A DNA stretch of 64,000 nucleotides from Candidatus Aenigmatarchaeota archaeon (GCA_030018415.1 JASEGC010000004.1:10470-74469); one strand, 5' to 3'; positions 19,792 through 29,883 are shown, counted from the first letter of the stretch. Program-made: numbers and translations. Notes: generated by a model from the sequence alone, not told the origin.

Positions 19792-19854
19792 CACCATCAC
19801 TTCTATAATGAACGAATTACTATTTAAGCCTGGTGTGCAACAAAAATTGCATAT

Positions 19855-21162
19855 TTACTTTACCATTTCATTAACTTTCGTATAGAATTGCATGTCCAAG
19901 AATCCATGACCAGATATGTTCATCGCTATTATACATTCTCTATTCTCTTTTTTTGCTTTCAATGCCTCATCTATTGCCGCCCTAACTGCATAACAAGATT
20001 CTGGTGCTGGTAAGAAACCCTCGTTCTTAACAAATAAGCTCGCTGCTTCAAACATTGATTTTTCATCACTAGGATAAGCCACAGCTTCTATTAAATTATG
20101 TTTTCTGAGTAGACTAATTATAGGAGCAGCAGCATGATACCTTAATCCCTCTGCGAATATCGATGTCCCGACATGTTTATGACCAAGAGTGAACATTTTC
20201 AACAAAGGAGTTTGTTCAGCATGATCGGCGAAGTCATACCTGTATTCTCCGTTGATGAGGCTAGGTGCAGATTCTGACTGTGCAGCAATAAACCTAATTT
20301 TTCTTTTACCCTTTATTACTTCCCCAACAAATGGTAGTACAAAACCACCAAAGTTTGAACCACCACCAAGACAACCCGTCATTACATCAGGTTCTTCGTC
20401 TATTTTTTCAAACTGTTTCATCATTTCTAAACCGATAATAGTCTGATGTAATAAAACATGATTTAACACACTACCAAGACAGTAAACAGACTTTTCACTA
20501 TTCAATACATCCTCTATCGCTTCAGATATTGCTATCCCTAATGAGCCAGGATGTTTTGGATCTTTCTTCAACAATTCCCTTCCACATTTAGTCCTGTTGC
20601 TGGGTGATGCAAATATTTCTGCACCAAAAGATTGCATTAAAGCTTTTCTTTCGGGTTTCAGATCGTGTGCTGCTCTTACCCAATAAACTGTACACTTTAA
20701 ACCCATAAGACTAGCTGCATAAGCCAAAGCAGAACCCCATTGTCCTGCTCCAGTCTCAGTGACGACCTTTTCATAACCCTGTTTTCCCACGAAGAAAAGT
20801 TGTGCTAATGCTGTGTTGACTTTATGTGAACCGGTCGGTGAAAAAAATTCTGATTTATAGTATAACTTGACATTTTTTGGTAATTTTAATGCTCTTTCCA
20901 ATCCTATAGCTCTGAACAAAGGTCGAGGTCTTCCTGCTCTCAAGAGCAACTCTCTAATTTCTTCCGGTATTGTTATCCAATTTTCTGTCGACATCTCCTG
21001 CTTCAAACAAACTGGGTTAAAGATTTTTGGTAACAGTTTTAATCTTGATTCTCCCTCTTCTGGATCTTTCGGTCTTGGTAGTTTTTCTGGTAAGTCTGGA
21101 ATTATGTTGTACCATTTTCTTGGAATTTCTTCTGGTAATAGATTTATTTGTATATTTTTCAT
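19855..21162 (-). CDS. trpB2: Tryptophan synthase beta chain type 2 (TrpB2)
   Basis: PTGSHKVNTA, TETGAGQWG, HPGSLGIAISEA, GLRYH, SGHGFLD. Confidence 0.95.
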   Translation of the reverse strand: MKNIQINLLPEEIPRKWYNIIPDLPEKLPRPKDPEEGESRLKLLPKIFNPVCLKQEMSTENWITIPEEIRELLLRAGRPRPLFRAIGLERALKLPKNVKLYYKSEFFSPTGSHKVNTALAQLFFVGKQGYEKVVTETGAGQWGSALAYAASLMGLKCTVYWVRAAHDLKPERKALMQSFGAEIFASPSNRTKCGRELLKKDPKHPGSLGIAISEAIEDVLNSEKSVYCLGSVLNHVLLHQTIIGLEMMKQFEKIDEEPDVMTGCLGGGSNFGGFVLPFVGEVIKGKRKIRFIAAQSESAPSLINGEYRYDFADHAEQTPLLKMFTLGHKHVGTSIFAEGLRYHAAAPIISLLRKHNLIEAVAYPSDEKSMFEAASLFVKNEGFLPAPESCYAVRAAIDEALKAKKENRECIIAMNISGHGFLDMQFYTKVNEMVK

Positions 21163-21215
21163 GGCAATGATTTGTGAATCAAACTATTAAATCGTTATTG
21201 GTCAATTTTTGTTCA

Positions 21216-22883
21216 CTAAATCAAACCCAACAAATCAACACAAAACTCGCATGCAGCAACAGGCATCTCTAATTCCCAATTTTCGATGACAGAAGGATGA
21301 ATTTCCCCGAATCTACCAAGATTCTTTCCATCAACAACCACTTTAGCGCATCTTCCAGGAATAAAACAAGGTAGAGTAGATTCTTCAATCTTGTAAGCCT
21401 CTATACCTAAATTACTCAGAATGCTTTCAACCAAAGACTTTATTTCAGAAAAGTTTGCTTTCGAATGACATAACACAATTCCCAACTTTCTCACAGTTTT
21501 CGCTCCGGTATCAGAGTAAGGATCCAATTCGGTCACATCTCCAACCTCAAAAATATTCTGTGGGTATTCTCTATGTCTATTCCTCCAGAGTATTTCCATC
21601 AAACTTGGCAACAACCAATTCCTAACAATAGAATATTCTTCTGTTTTAGGATTAGCAGTTTCAATCACATCTTTTTCTTCCATCAACATCTTCTTGTATA
21701 AATTCTCTCTGTTGGTGAGCATGAAAGTAACAACTTCCTGTAAACCATATCCAACTAACAATGTCCTTAATTTTGTAGAAAATGTTTCCAAGGGATTTTC
21801 TTCTCCTATCGTCGATATGTTTGGAATCTCTGGTTCAAACCCATCATAACCATAAGCGATAGCGATATCTTCAACCAAATCTATCGCATGCATGATGTCA
21901 GTCCTGTAACAAGGAATAACGACTTGTAGGTTCTTTCCCACTTCAACTGCATCGAACCCCATCTTCTGTAAATACTCAATCATTTCATAATTCGTCAACT
22001 TCAATCCTAACAATTTGTTGACGTAGGTTGATTCTAAGTTCATCATACTCGTTTCAAGTTTAGGTGTTTCTATTTCTCTTTCGGGATATTTTATTTTGAC
22101 GAGTTGAATCCTCCCACCTCTATCAGCTAAGGAAGTTACGATAACATTCAAGACTTCATTTATAGTTTTCTCATCCATGCCAGTGATATCGATGAAAAGA
22201 TTCTTTGTTTTTTCTTCGACCATCGTGTGTATTGAGTTTATTATCGGGGGCATCGCCATGACTTTGTTGTCTGAATCCATCAGAATCGGATATCTGTCCA
22301 TTCCTTTCAAGATCCAACCGTAATCCTTTCCCTTTGAAGTGTGTTTTAGAATGTTATCTAGAGTCATTTCTTTTTGTTCTCCCAACGGAATGAATTTAAA
22401 TGAGGGGTCTTTAACTGTGTATAAAGCAGGAAACTTTACTTTGTCTAGATCATGCACACCTATTGCTGCTTTTCTTCTCTTTCTGCAATGAGTGATATGT
22501 AATTTTTCTTGTATCTGCATCAAGGATTTTATGAATTCATCTGTCATTTCAATTCCAGTCACAACGGCAGAGGCAATGTACGGTCTTATCGGTTTAGTTA
22601 CAGGATCGACTCTAACCATGTAAATAGATTTTTCGGCTTTGTAAGTCCTCAGTCCAGTTTTTATGTTCATGAACGATGAGAATGCTCTTGCAAGCCCTTC
22701 TACTGATAGCATGTCAGGCCTGTTGGGATTAACTTCAACTGAGAACTCATCTTTTTCTATACCTTCCCATCCCACCCCAAGCATCGGTAATTTTTCTTCT
22801 ATTTCTTTCATGGAGATATCTTTTCCTACGAGTTTACAGAAATCTTTTACATCAACAGTTATTACTGGCATAATTAAAATCAC
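21216..22883 (-). CDS. pheT: Phenylalanine--tRNA ligase beta subunit
   Basis: NRPDMLSVEGLAR, PPIINS, RTDIMHAIDLVEDIAIAYG. Confidence 0.96.
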   Translation of the reverse strand: MILIMPVITVDVKDFCKLVGKDISMKEIEEKLPMLGVGWEGIEKDEFSVEVNPNRPDMLSVEGLARAFSSFMNIKTGLRTYKAEKSIYMVRVDPVTKPIRPYIASAVVTGIEMTDEFIKSLMQIQEKLHITHCRKRRKAAIGVHDLDKVKFPALYTVKDPSFKFIPLGEQKEMTLDNILKHTSKGKDYGWILKGMDRYPILMDSDNKVMAMPPIINSIHTMVEEKTKNLFIDITGMDEKTINEVLNVIVTSLADRGGRIQLVKIKYPEREIETPKLETSMMNLESTYVNKLLGLKLTNYEMIEYLQKMGFDAVEVGKNLQVVIPCYRTDIMHAIDLVEDIAIAYGYDGFEPEIPNISTIGEENPLETFSTKLRTLLVGYGLQEVVTFMLTNRENLYKKMLMEEKDVIETANPKTEEYSIVRNWLLPSLMEILWRNRHREYPQNIFEVGDVTELDPYSDTGAKTVRKLGIVLCHSKANFSEIKSLVESILSNLGIEAYKIEESTLPCFIPGRCAKVVVDGKNLGRFGEIHPSVIENWELEMPVAACEFCVDLLGLI

Positions 22884-22887
22884 TTTT

Positions 22888-23544
22888 CTATACTTTTAAA
22901 AATTTGGGAAGGTCAGAAACAGATTTTATTATATTCTCAACCCCCATTTTTTTCAGTTCTTCTTCAGTTGAAACACCAGTTAAGACAGCAACAAAATTAA
23001 CGTTAGCAGATTTGGCAGCTTCGTAGTCGAATCGAGAATCGCCAACAAAAATAACCTCTTCTGGTTTTAATTTTAATTTTTTGCACGCGAGTAATATGGG
23101 ATCAGGATTGGGTTTATGATTTTTTGTGTCTTCACAGGATATTATGATATTAAACCAATCCATATCATAACCAGCTTCTCTCAGATGTTTTTCAATGGAA
23201 AACCTTAACCTACCAGAAACTATAGCTAACTTGAAACCAGATTTTTTCAGTATACGTAAAGCTTCTACACTGCCATCAAAAGGAAGTATTACTTTATTAA
23301 CAAATTGTTCTCTGAATGTTTTTGCAAAGAGGTCTACATCAAAATCAGGCCAGAAAATTTTTATGCTTTTATTTAAAGGTACACCAGCCATTTCTTTTAT
23401 TTCTTTATCTGTTGGGACCCTCAATTTGAAGTTTCTAGCGACTTTTTGAAATAGTTCTATTATTATCCTATCACTGTCTAAAAGTACACCGTCAACATCG
23501 AATATTATTGCTTTTATTTTCATTCTCTCATCCTTTAAGGCCAA
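22888..23544 (-). CDS. HAD-family phosphatase
   Basis: FDVDGVLLDS, KPNPDP, FVGDSRFD. Confidence 0.9.
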   Translation of the reverse strand: MALKDERMKIKAIIFDVDGVLLDSDRIIIELFQKVARNFKLRVPTDKEIKEMAGVPLNKSIKIFWPDFDVDLFAKTFREQFVNKVILPFDGSVEALRILKKSGFKLAIVSGRLRFSIEKHLREAGYDMDWFNIIISCEDTKNHKPNPDPILLACKKLKLKPEEVIFVGDSRFDYEAAKSANVNFVAVLTGVSTEEELKKMGVENIIKSVSDLPKFLKV

Positions 23545-24403
23545 ATCGTTTTGCTAGTTCTTTAAACCTTTCCATAACTCTTTCTCTTCCTGCAATATTC
23601 CTCGTTCCAAAATCTTCAACGACGAATGAGGCAGCAGCAGAAGCAAACAAACCAGATTCTAATGCATTTTTACTTTCAGAATATCTTATTGCAAACGCAG
23701 ATGCAAACACATCTCCTGAACCAGTCTTGTCGACTAGAATAGTCTTGTAAGCAGGAATCCTATGAATTTCTTCCCCAGCTATTATCGAACCATTTTCACC
23801 TAGAGTTAATTCAACAACTTTCACCCCAAGACTTCTCAATTCTTCGCAAACTTTTTCATAATCGCATTCTTTCGATACAGAACTTATCTCATCTTTTCCA
23901 ACCTTCAATAAATCAATATACTTTAAGAATTCTTCACTCTCGTTCCAAAACTTCTTCATAACTTCCCTTTTTTTAGTTGTTCTGACAAAACCTTGCACAT
24001 CCAAGGAAAGAATTTTACAATCCTTTCTTGCTTTCTTTACGCATTCCAGAGTTATTTCATTGAAGACAGGACCTAGAAGAGTGACATCAACCTTACCAAA
24101 GTGCTTATGATTTATCTTTCCAGCATCACTCAACACATATTGCTTTCTTTCACCTTCTGTATAATCATTAACGAAACAAGTAACATCTTCACTTTCTTGT
24201 AACTCAACGTTTATTCCATGACTTTTCAAGTTTTTAATCCATTCAATGAGTTCATCATTGCCTCTACTCAGGACATGAGTTTCACAGCCCAATTTTGCGG
24301 CAGTTATAGAACCATAACTAGCGATTCCACCAAAAGCATATCTTTCTTCCTTTCTCGTTCTAATGATATCTTTTGTTATGTTTCCTATGACTAAGAATTT
24401 CAT
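23528..24403 (-). CDS. PfkB family carbohydrate kinase
   Basis: FGGIASY, VDKTGSGDVF. Confidence 0.9.
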   Translation of the reverse strand: MKFLVIGNITKDIIRTRKEERYAFGGIASYGSITAAKLGCETHVLSRGNDELIEWIKNLKSHGINVELQESEDVTCFVNDYTEGERKQYVLSDAGKINHKHFGKVDVTLLGPVFNEITLECVKKARKDCKILSLDVQGFVRTTKKREVMKKFWNESEEFLKYIDLLKVGKDEISSVSKECDYEKVCEELRSLGVKVVELTLGENGSIIAGEEIHRIPAYKTILVDKTGSGDVFASAFAIRYSESKNALESGLFASAAASFVVEDFGTRNIAGRERVMERFKELAKRFGLKG

Positions 24404-24412
24404 TCCTAAACA

Positions 24413-24667
24413 TCAGGTTTTTGCAGATTTATATTTTACTATCCAATATAAAACGAGAATTAAGGGAATCACTACTAATGGCAGTCCTATCCAATTTTTT
24501 GGACTAACTCCTGAAACTACATATCCTGTTGGCATGGATGTATGGGTTAAAAAGATGATACCGAATGTAAAGGATAAAAACAGGATGACTGATATTCCTA
24601 TTCTGAGTGGTGTTTTAGGCCCTGAATATTTTTTAATTTTTACGTATTCTTCTCTTTTTTCTTCCAT
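24413..24667 (-). CDS. Small membrane protein
   Basis: Two TM segments with a PTGYVV motif. Confidence 0.6.
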   Translation of the reverse strand: MEEKREEYVKIKKYSGPKTPLRIGISVILFLSFTFGIIFLTHTSMPTGYVVSGVSPKNWIGLPLVVIPLILVLYWIVKYKSAKT

Positions 24668-24772
24668 GATTTATTATTGTTCATTTGTTTTTAAGATTTT
24701 ATTCTAGCATGAAAATTAGTACTTTTTAGCCATACAAAAACATATAAAAATGAAATTGAAGATGATTTTTTT

Positions 24773-25303
24773 ATGATAGAAGTCCGTTTTCATGGAAGAG
24801 GGGGACAAGGAGTAGTTACCAGTGCTTACTTACTCGCCCTCGCAGCCTTTAAGGAGGGAAAGTTCTGCCAAGCCTTTCCATTCTTCGGAACAGAGAGAAG
24901 AGGTGCTCCTGTCACATCTTTTGCTAGGATAGACAAAAAATTCATCAGAACAAGAGAGCGTGTCTATAACCCGGATTATGTCGTTGTTTTAGATTCAACT
25001 CTTTTGGATGTTGTCGATGTCGATGAAGGCATAAAGGAGAGGGGAATGATAATTATTAATACGAACAAAGATGTTAATCTACAGACGAAGGCTACTGTAA
25101 AGACTGTCGATGCAACAGATATAGCTCTAAGAGTCATCGGCAAACCTTTCGTTAACACATCGATGATTGGGGCATTAGTAGGAGCTACAGGTATAGTAAA
25201 ATTGGAGTCTGTTATCGATGTGATAAGGGAAAGATTTCCGGAAGAGATAGCCAACAAAAACATCGAAGCCGAAAAACAAACTTATGAGAAAATTAGGGGA
25301 TGA
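24773..25303 (+). CDS. porG: Pyruvate/2-oxoacid:ferredoxin oxidoreductase gamma subunit
   Basis: HGRGGQG, FGTERRGAPV. Confidence 0.95.
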   Translation: MIEVRFHGRGGQGVVTSAYLLALAAFKEGKFCQAFPFFGTERRGAPVTSFARIDKKFIRTRERVYNPDYVVVLDSTLLDVVDVDEGIKERGMIIINTNKDVNLQTKATVKTVDATDIALRVIGKPFVNTSMIGALVGATGIVKLESVIDVIRERFPEEIANKNIEAEKQTYEKIRG

Positions 25304-25304
25304 T

Positions 25305-25559
25305 ATGGAACCTGGAGGAGTAATAAAAGACGTTGGGAGTTCAAGAAAAGTTAAGACTGGATCCTGGAGAATTTTTAAGCCTATAGTTATCGATAAATGC
25401 ACTGGTTGTGGTATCTGTGTTCAATTCTGTCCTGAGGGTTGTATAATGATAAACGAGGACAGAAAGGCTGAAGTTGATTATGATTATTGTAAGGGTTGTT
25501 TGATCTGTGTTAATGAATGCCCTATTAAAGCCATAAAAAGTGAGAGGGAGGTTAAATAA
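25305..25559 (+). CDS. porD: Pyruvate/2-oxoacid:ferredoxin oxidoreductase delta subunit (2x[4Fe-4S])
   Basis: [36 protein letters not shown] 25305 after GGGGA. Confidence 0.95.
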   Translation: MEPGGVIKDVGSSRKVKTGSWRIFKPIVIDKCTGCGICVQFCPEGCIMINEDRKAEVDYDYCKGCLICVNECPIKAIKSEREVK

Positions 25560-26735
25560 TGGTAAGACACATCATGGAAGGCAGCAAAGTTGTAGCGGAA
25601 GCTATCTTTCTTTGCAAGCCAGATGTGGTTAGTGCCTATCCTATAACACCGCAAAGCATTCATTCATTTTGAATGGTGCGCGGATACTCATATAGTCGAG
25701 GAACTGGCTCAATTGATAGCTGATGGAAGAATTAAGTCTAGGTTTTTGGAAGTTGAGTCGGAGTTTTCAGCGATATCAAGCGTTGCTGGTGCTGTTGCAG
25801 CTGGATCAAGAGCTTTCACTGCTACATGCTCCCAAGGTCTGGCGTTGATGCATGAAGTTTTATTTGCAATAGCAGGGATGAGGTTACCTGTAGTAATGGT
25901 TGTTACTAACAGAGCATTGTCTTCACCCATCAATATTTGGAATGATTGCCAAGATTCTATCTCTGAAAGGGATTCTGGATGGATCCAGTTGTACGTCGAG
26001 ACTGTTCAAGAAGCTGTCGATACCATAATTCAGGCTTACAAGATAGCTGAGGACAACAGAGTTCTCTTACCAGTCATGGTTTGTATGGATGGTTTTATCT
26101 TGACTCATACTGTTGAACCTGTTGAATTGCCAGATGATGTGGAAGTTAAAAAATTCTTACCAAAGTACAAACCAAACCATGCATTCTTGGACCCAACAAG
26201 ACCCATGACACTCGGACCATTCACCTATCCTGAGCCTTATTTCAAGTTGAGAAAGGAACTTTCCTTAGCTATTGATAACTCAAAGATTATCATATCTGAA
26301 GTCAATGAAGAATTCGGGGAGATGTTCAAGAGAAAGTATGGCAACGGCCTGATAGAGGAATACAAGAATGATAAGAAGATAGCTATAGTTTCCATGGGTT
26401 CTGTCTGCGGGACGATAAAATGTGTTGTTGATTCTAGGAAGGATACTGGTTTAGTGAGGATAAGATGCTACAGACCCCTCCCGAAAGAAGATTTGATTGA
26501 AGCCTTAAAAGGAAAAGAAATCGTGATCGTCCTCGACAAGAATATCTCTCTCGGCCTTGGCTCTGGGAGTGTTTTTTCTGAAGTTCGTGATGTTTTGTAT
26601 AGTTTGAAAGATAGACCAAAAGTTGTCGGATGTGTTGCAGGTTTAGGTGGAACAGACATCAAGAGTAAGGACATCAATAGATTGATCGATGAGTCTAAGA
26701 AGATGAAGGACGGAGAAGTGGTGTGGTTGATATGA
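25559..26735 (+). CDS. porA: Pyruvate/2-oxoacid:ferredoxin oxidoreductase alpha subunit, interrupted by a 31-nt insertion (exons 25559-25654, 25686-26735)
   Basis: ATG overlaps the porD stop (TAATG); [15 protein letters not shown]...SAYPITPQ | [10 protein letters not shown]...VESEFSA...ATCSQGL; the joined ORF is 381 aa. Confidence 0.92.
25655..25685 (+). other. Putative bulge-helix-bulge/loop intron in porA mRNA
   Basis: CCGC/GCGG 4-bp central helix, AAA and ATA 3-nt cut segments, internal hairpin; contains in-frame TGA; canonical cut sites give CCG CAA|ACT CAT. Confidence 0.82.
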
Positions 26736-27625
26736 ATGATGATTTGATATCTCCAGGACACAGGACGTGTGCAGGCTGTGGTTCCATCCTTGCAGCCAGA
26801 CATATGTTAAAAGCAACTGGGAGGGATGTCATCATATGTGAATCAACAGGATGTCTTGAGGTAACATCCACTCAATACCCGTTGACGTCGTGGAAAGTCC
26901 CATGGATTCATGTTCTGTTTGAGAACGCTGTCTCTGTTGCCGTTGGTGTGAAGGCAGCGCTATGGGCACAAGGGAATGAACACACACAAGTGATCGCGTT
27001 TGGCGGTGACGGTGGAATTGTAGACATTGGTTTTGGGGCAGTAAGCGGAGCTTTGGAGAGGAATGATGATATCATGATAATAACTTACGATAACGAGGCT
27101 TATGCCAACACTGGGATACAGAGGTCTGGTGCAACACCGTTTGGAGCAAGTACAGGCACATCTCCTCATGGTAAAGTGTCTATCGGTAAAAAAGTATGGA
27201 AGAAGAATGTGCCGATGATCGCTGTGGCGCATGGTGCTGGGTATGTTGCTTCTGCGAGCATTGCCTATCCTAAAGATTTGCAGGATAAAATCAAGAAAGC
27301 TATGTCGATAAAAGGAACAAGATACATTCACATCCATACTCCTTGTCCTGTGGGATGGGGGTTTGATTCTTCCAAAACCATAGAGATTGCTAGGTTGGCT
27401 GTTCAAACTGGAATGTGGATTCTTTTTGAGATAGAAGATGGGAAATTCAAGAAAATGTTTAGACCGACAGAATTGATGCCTGTTGAGAATTATTTGAGGA
27501 TGCAGAAGAGGTTTGAACACCTGAAAGAAGAAGAGATAAAGATCATTCAAGACCATATCAACCAGACTTGGAAGGAATTGGATAATCTGGAGAAGAGTGG
27601 GGTTAATTTAAGGACTATACTGTAG
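26732..27625 (+). CDS. porB: Pyruvate/2-oxoacid:ferredoxin oxidoreductase beta subunit
   Basis: GHRTCAGCG, TGCLEV, GGDG...DNEAYANTG TPP motif. Confidence 0.95.
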   Translation: MNDDLISPGHRTCAGCGSILAARHMLKATGRDVIICESTGCLEVTSTQYPLTSWKVPWIHVLFENAVSVAVGVKAALWAQGNEHTQVIAFGGDGGIVDIGFGAVSGALERNDDIMIITYDNEAYANTGIQRSGATPFGASTGTSPHGKVSIGKKVWKKNVPMIAVAHGAGYVASASIAYPKDLQDKIKKAMSIKGTRYIHIHTPCPVGWGFDSSKTIEIARLAVQTGMWILFEIEDGKFKKMFRPTELMPVENYLRMQKRFEHLKEEEIKIIQDHINQTWKELDNLEKSGVNLRTIL

Positions 27626-27787
27626 ATATAAAGTTCTTATCTGTTTGATCAGCTTCAATTTTAATCTATCTCGAATTTTTCTGCTCGGATAAAAATGTAT
27701 CCTTTCACATCTTCGATTTTACTGGGATAACTTTTAACAGTTAAAGATAAAAATGCTTGTGTAAATTATTAACAGAGGTGACGCAAA

Positions 27788-28993
27788 TTTAACGCTGAAT
27801 CTTTAGTCAAGCTGAGAAAACTCTTGAAGACTCTAGAGACTTTCAGGGGAAGACATACTGAATTAATTTCTCTCTATATCCCATCTGGTCACAACATTCA
27901 AGAAATCATGAACATGCTAAAACAAGAGTATGCTTTAACTCAGAACGTTAAATCCAGAACAACAAGACATAATGTTTTAAACGCATTGGAGAAAACGATG
28001 AATCACTTAAGATTGTTCAAGAAAACACCACCAAACGGCTTAGTCATATTCTGCGGTAATGTTTCAAAAACAGAAGGACAGCCTGAAATCAAACTATGGT
28101 CTGTAGAACCACCTCAACCACTAGCTCAGAAGATTTACTGGTGTGACCAGAATTTTGTCTTAGACCCTTTGAAAGACATGATCAGGGAAAGGGAAGTTTA
28201 TGGCCTAATCGTCATTGATACTAGTGGTTCTGACATTGGACTGTTAAAAGGTAAAAAAGTGATTCTAGAAAAGCATATAGACTCTTTAGTGCCAGGAAAA
28301 ACGAGTAAAGGGGGTTGGAGTCAACAACGTTATCAGAGGATCAGAGAAGAAGCCAAGAATGAGCATTTGAAGAAGACTGGAGAGGTCGCATCAAAAATTT
28401 TCAGCGAAGAAAAAGATTTAAAAGGTGTGATAATCGGAGGCCCAGGTCCTCTGAAAGAGAGGTTCAAAGAAGGTGAATACTTGGATTATCGATTACAGAA
28501 TAAAGTTTTGGGCGTCGTTGACACCAGCTACACTAGCATACAAGGACTACAAGAAATTATTCAAAGAGGGGAATCTTTGATTCAAGAGGCATCTGCAACC
28601 AAAGAAAGACACATAATGGAGGAATTCTTCGAGCATCTGAAGAAAGATGATGGCTTATCTGTTTATGGTTTAGAGGAAGTCGAGCATGCATTAGATTATG
28701 GAGCAGTCAAGACTCTATTGATTTCAGAAGGGTTCAATTGGACCAGAGCAAAGCTGACTTGCTCATGCGGATACAGCGTTGAGAAGGATGTCAACCTTGA
28801 CAGGGTAGAAAAATGTCCTAAGTGCGGAAAAGAGATGACGATAGAAGAGGAGAAAGATTTGATTGAAATGCTATCCGAAAGGGCAAAGAGTTTGGGATCA
28901 GAAGTTGAGATAATCTCGATAGACAGCAGAGAAGGTGAACAGTTCAAAGAGATTGGTGGGATTGGAGCGATTTTAAGGTATAAAATTGTCTAA
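27788..28993 (+). CDS. prf1: Peptide chain release factor aRF1 (start anomalous; first near-cognate starts CTG 27812 and TTG 27824)
   Basis: GRHTELISLYIP, NVKS, YWCD, KGGWSQQRY, C-terminal Zn ribbon, GGIGAILRY. Confidence 0.93.
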   Translation, partial: FNAESLVKLRKLLKTLETFRGRHTELISLYIPSGHNIQEIMNMLKQEYALTQNVKSRTTRHNVLNALEKTMNHLRLFKKTPPNGLVIFCGNVSKTEGQPEIKLWSVEPPQPLAQKIYWCDQNFVLDPLKDMIREREVYGLIVIDTSGSDIGLLKGKKVILEKHIDSLVPGKTSKGGWSQQRYQRIREEAKNEHLKKTGEVASKIFSEEKDLKGVIIGGPGPLKERFKEGEYLDYRLQNKVLGVVDTSYTSIQGLQEIIQRGESLIQEASATKERHIMEEFFEHLKKDDGLSVYGLEEVEHALDYGAVKTLLISEGFNWTRAKLTCSCGYSVEKDVNLDRVEKCPKCGKEMTIEEEKDLIEMLSERAKSLGSEVEIISIDSREGEQFKEIGGIGAILRYKIV

Positions 28994-29097
28994 GGTTCGA
29001 TTTTCTATCAAAACGAAAAGAATCGATTTAAACATCGCTAAAAAGTCTATCAGAAACGCATTTATCTTTAAGCTTTCTTTTTCTTATCAGTGATAGA

Positions 29098-29883
29098 TTG
29101 AAAGTCAGAGAAATTCTTGTCCACAAACCTGGAAATGAGATAAATGTAGTAGAGTATAAACCCAGCAAATGGGGATTTATCGATTTTCCAAGGTTGATTA
29201 TCATGCAGAGAGAGCATGACGAACTCGTGAAAACCCTCCAGGATGAGGGCGTTAAAGTGCATTATTTGAGGAGAATAACTCAAAACAAACCAAGACTTTA
29301 CATCCTCAGAGACACTGCGGTAGTTTTAGACGGTAAAGCTGTCTCATGCCATTTGTCTCAGTCTATCAGAAGAGGAGAAGAACAGATGGTTAAGATAAGG
29401 CTTAAAGAACTCGGAGTAAAAATACTCGGTCACATCTTCGCTCCTGGGTTCTTGGAAGGAAGTGATTTGTTCTTCATCGATAAAAGTCATGCCTTCGCTA
29501 TCTTAGGGCCAAGGTCGAATGAAGAGGGAATAAAACATCTGGAAGAAATCCTTAAAATAGATGTGACACCGATAGAGATGGATATTTCTAGCACACAATT
29601 CAACACACTGAACGATATAGCCATCATCGATGAAGAATTAGCTTACGATCGATTGTACAATATCTTGAAGGAGAGAGAATATGATTTAATGATTGCTACG
29701 AAAAAACAAGTGAACGAGATGGGACTAAACTTCTTACAGATTGACGATAACAAGATAGTGAACGTTAGGTCAGACATAAACAGAAAATTAAAGATGATTG
29801 GATTCGATGTGATTGAAGTAGAGATAAGAGAATTGATGAAAGGAAATACTGGCATAAGAAATATGTGTTTGCCGTTCTACTGA
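29098..29883 (+). CDS. Amidinotransferase/arginine deiminase superfamily protein (degenerate active site)
   Basis: EHDELVKTL..EGV, YILRD, RRGEE, LEGSD, ELMKGNTG. Confidence 0.75.
   Translation: MKVREILVHKPGNEINVVEYKPSKWGFIDFPRLIIMQREHDELVKTLQDEGVKVHYLRRITQNKPRLYILRDTAVVLDGKAVSCHLSQSIRRGEEQMVKIRLKELGVKILGHIFAPGFLEGSDLFFIDKSHAFAILGPRSNEEGIKHLEEILKIDVTPIEMDISSTQFNTLNDIAIIDEELAYDRLYNILKEREYDLMIATKKQVNEMGLNFLQIDDNKIVNVRSDINRKLKMIGFDVIEVEIRELMKGNTGIRNMCLPFY

Noticed and set aside
27749..27805. BHB-like fold upstream of aRF1 (TAAATT/AATTTA helix, GTG and TGA bulges) as an intron joining ATG 27753 to the aRF1 frame
   Set aside because: The central helix has a mismatch, and canonical cuts remove 37 nt, which leaves the ATG out of frame
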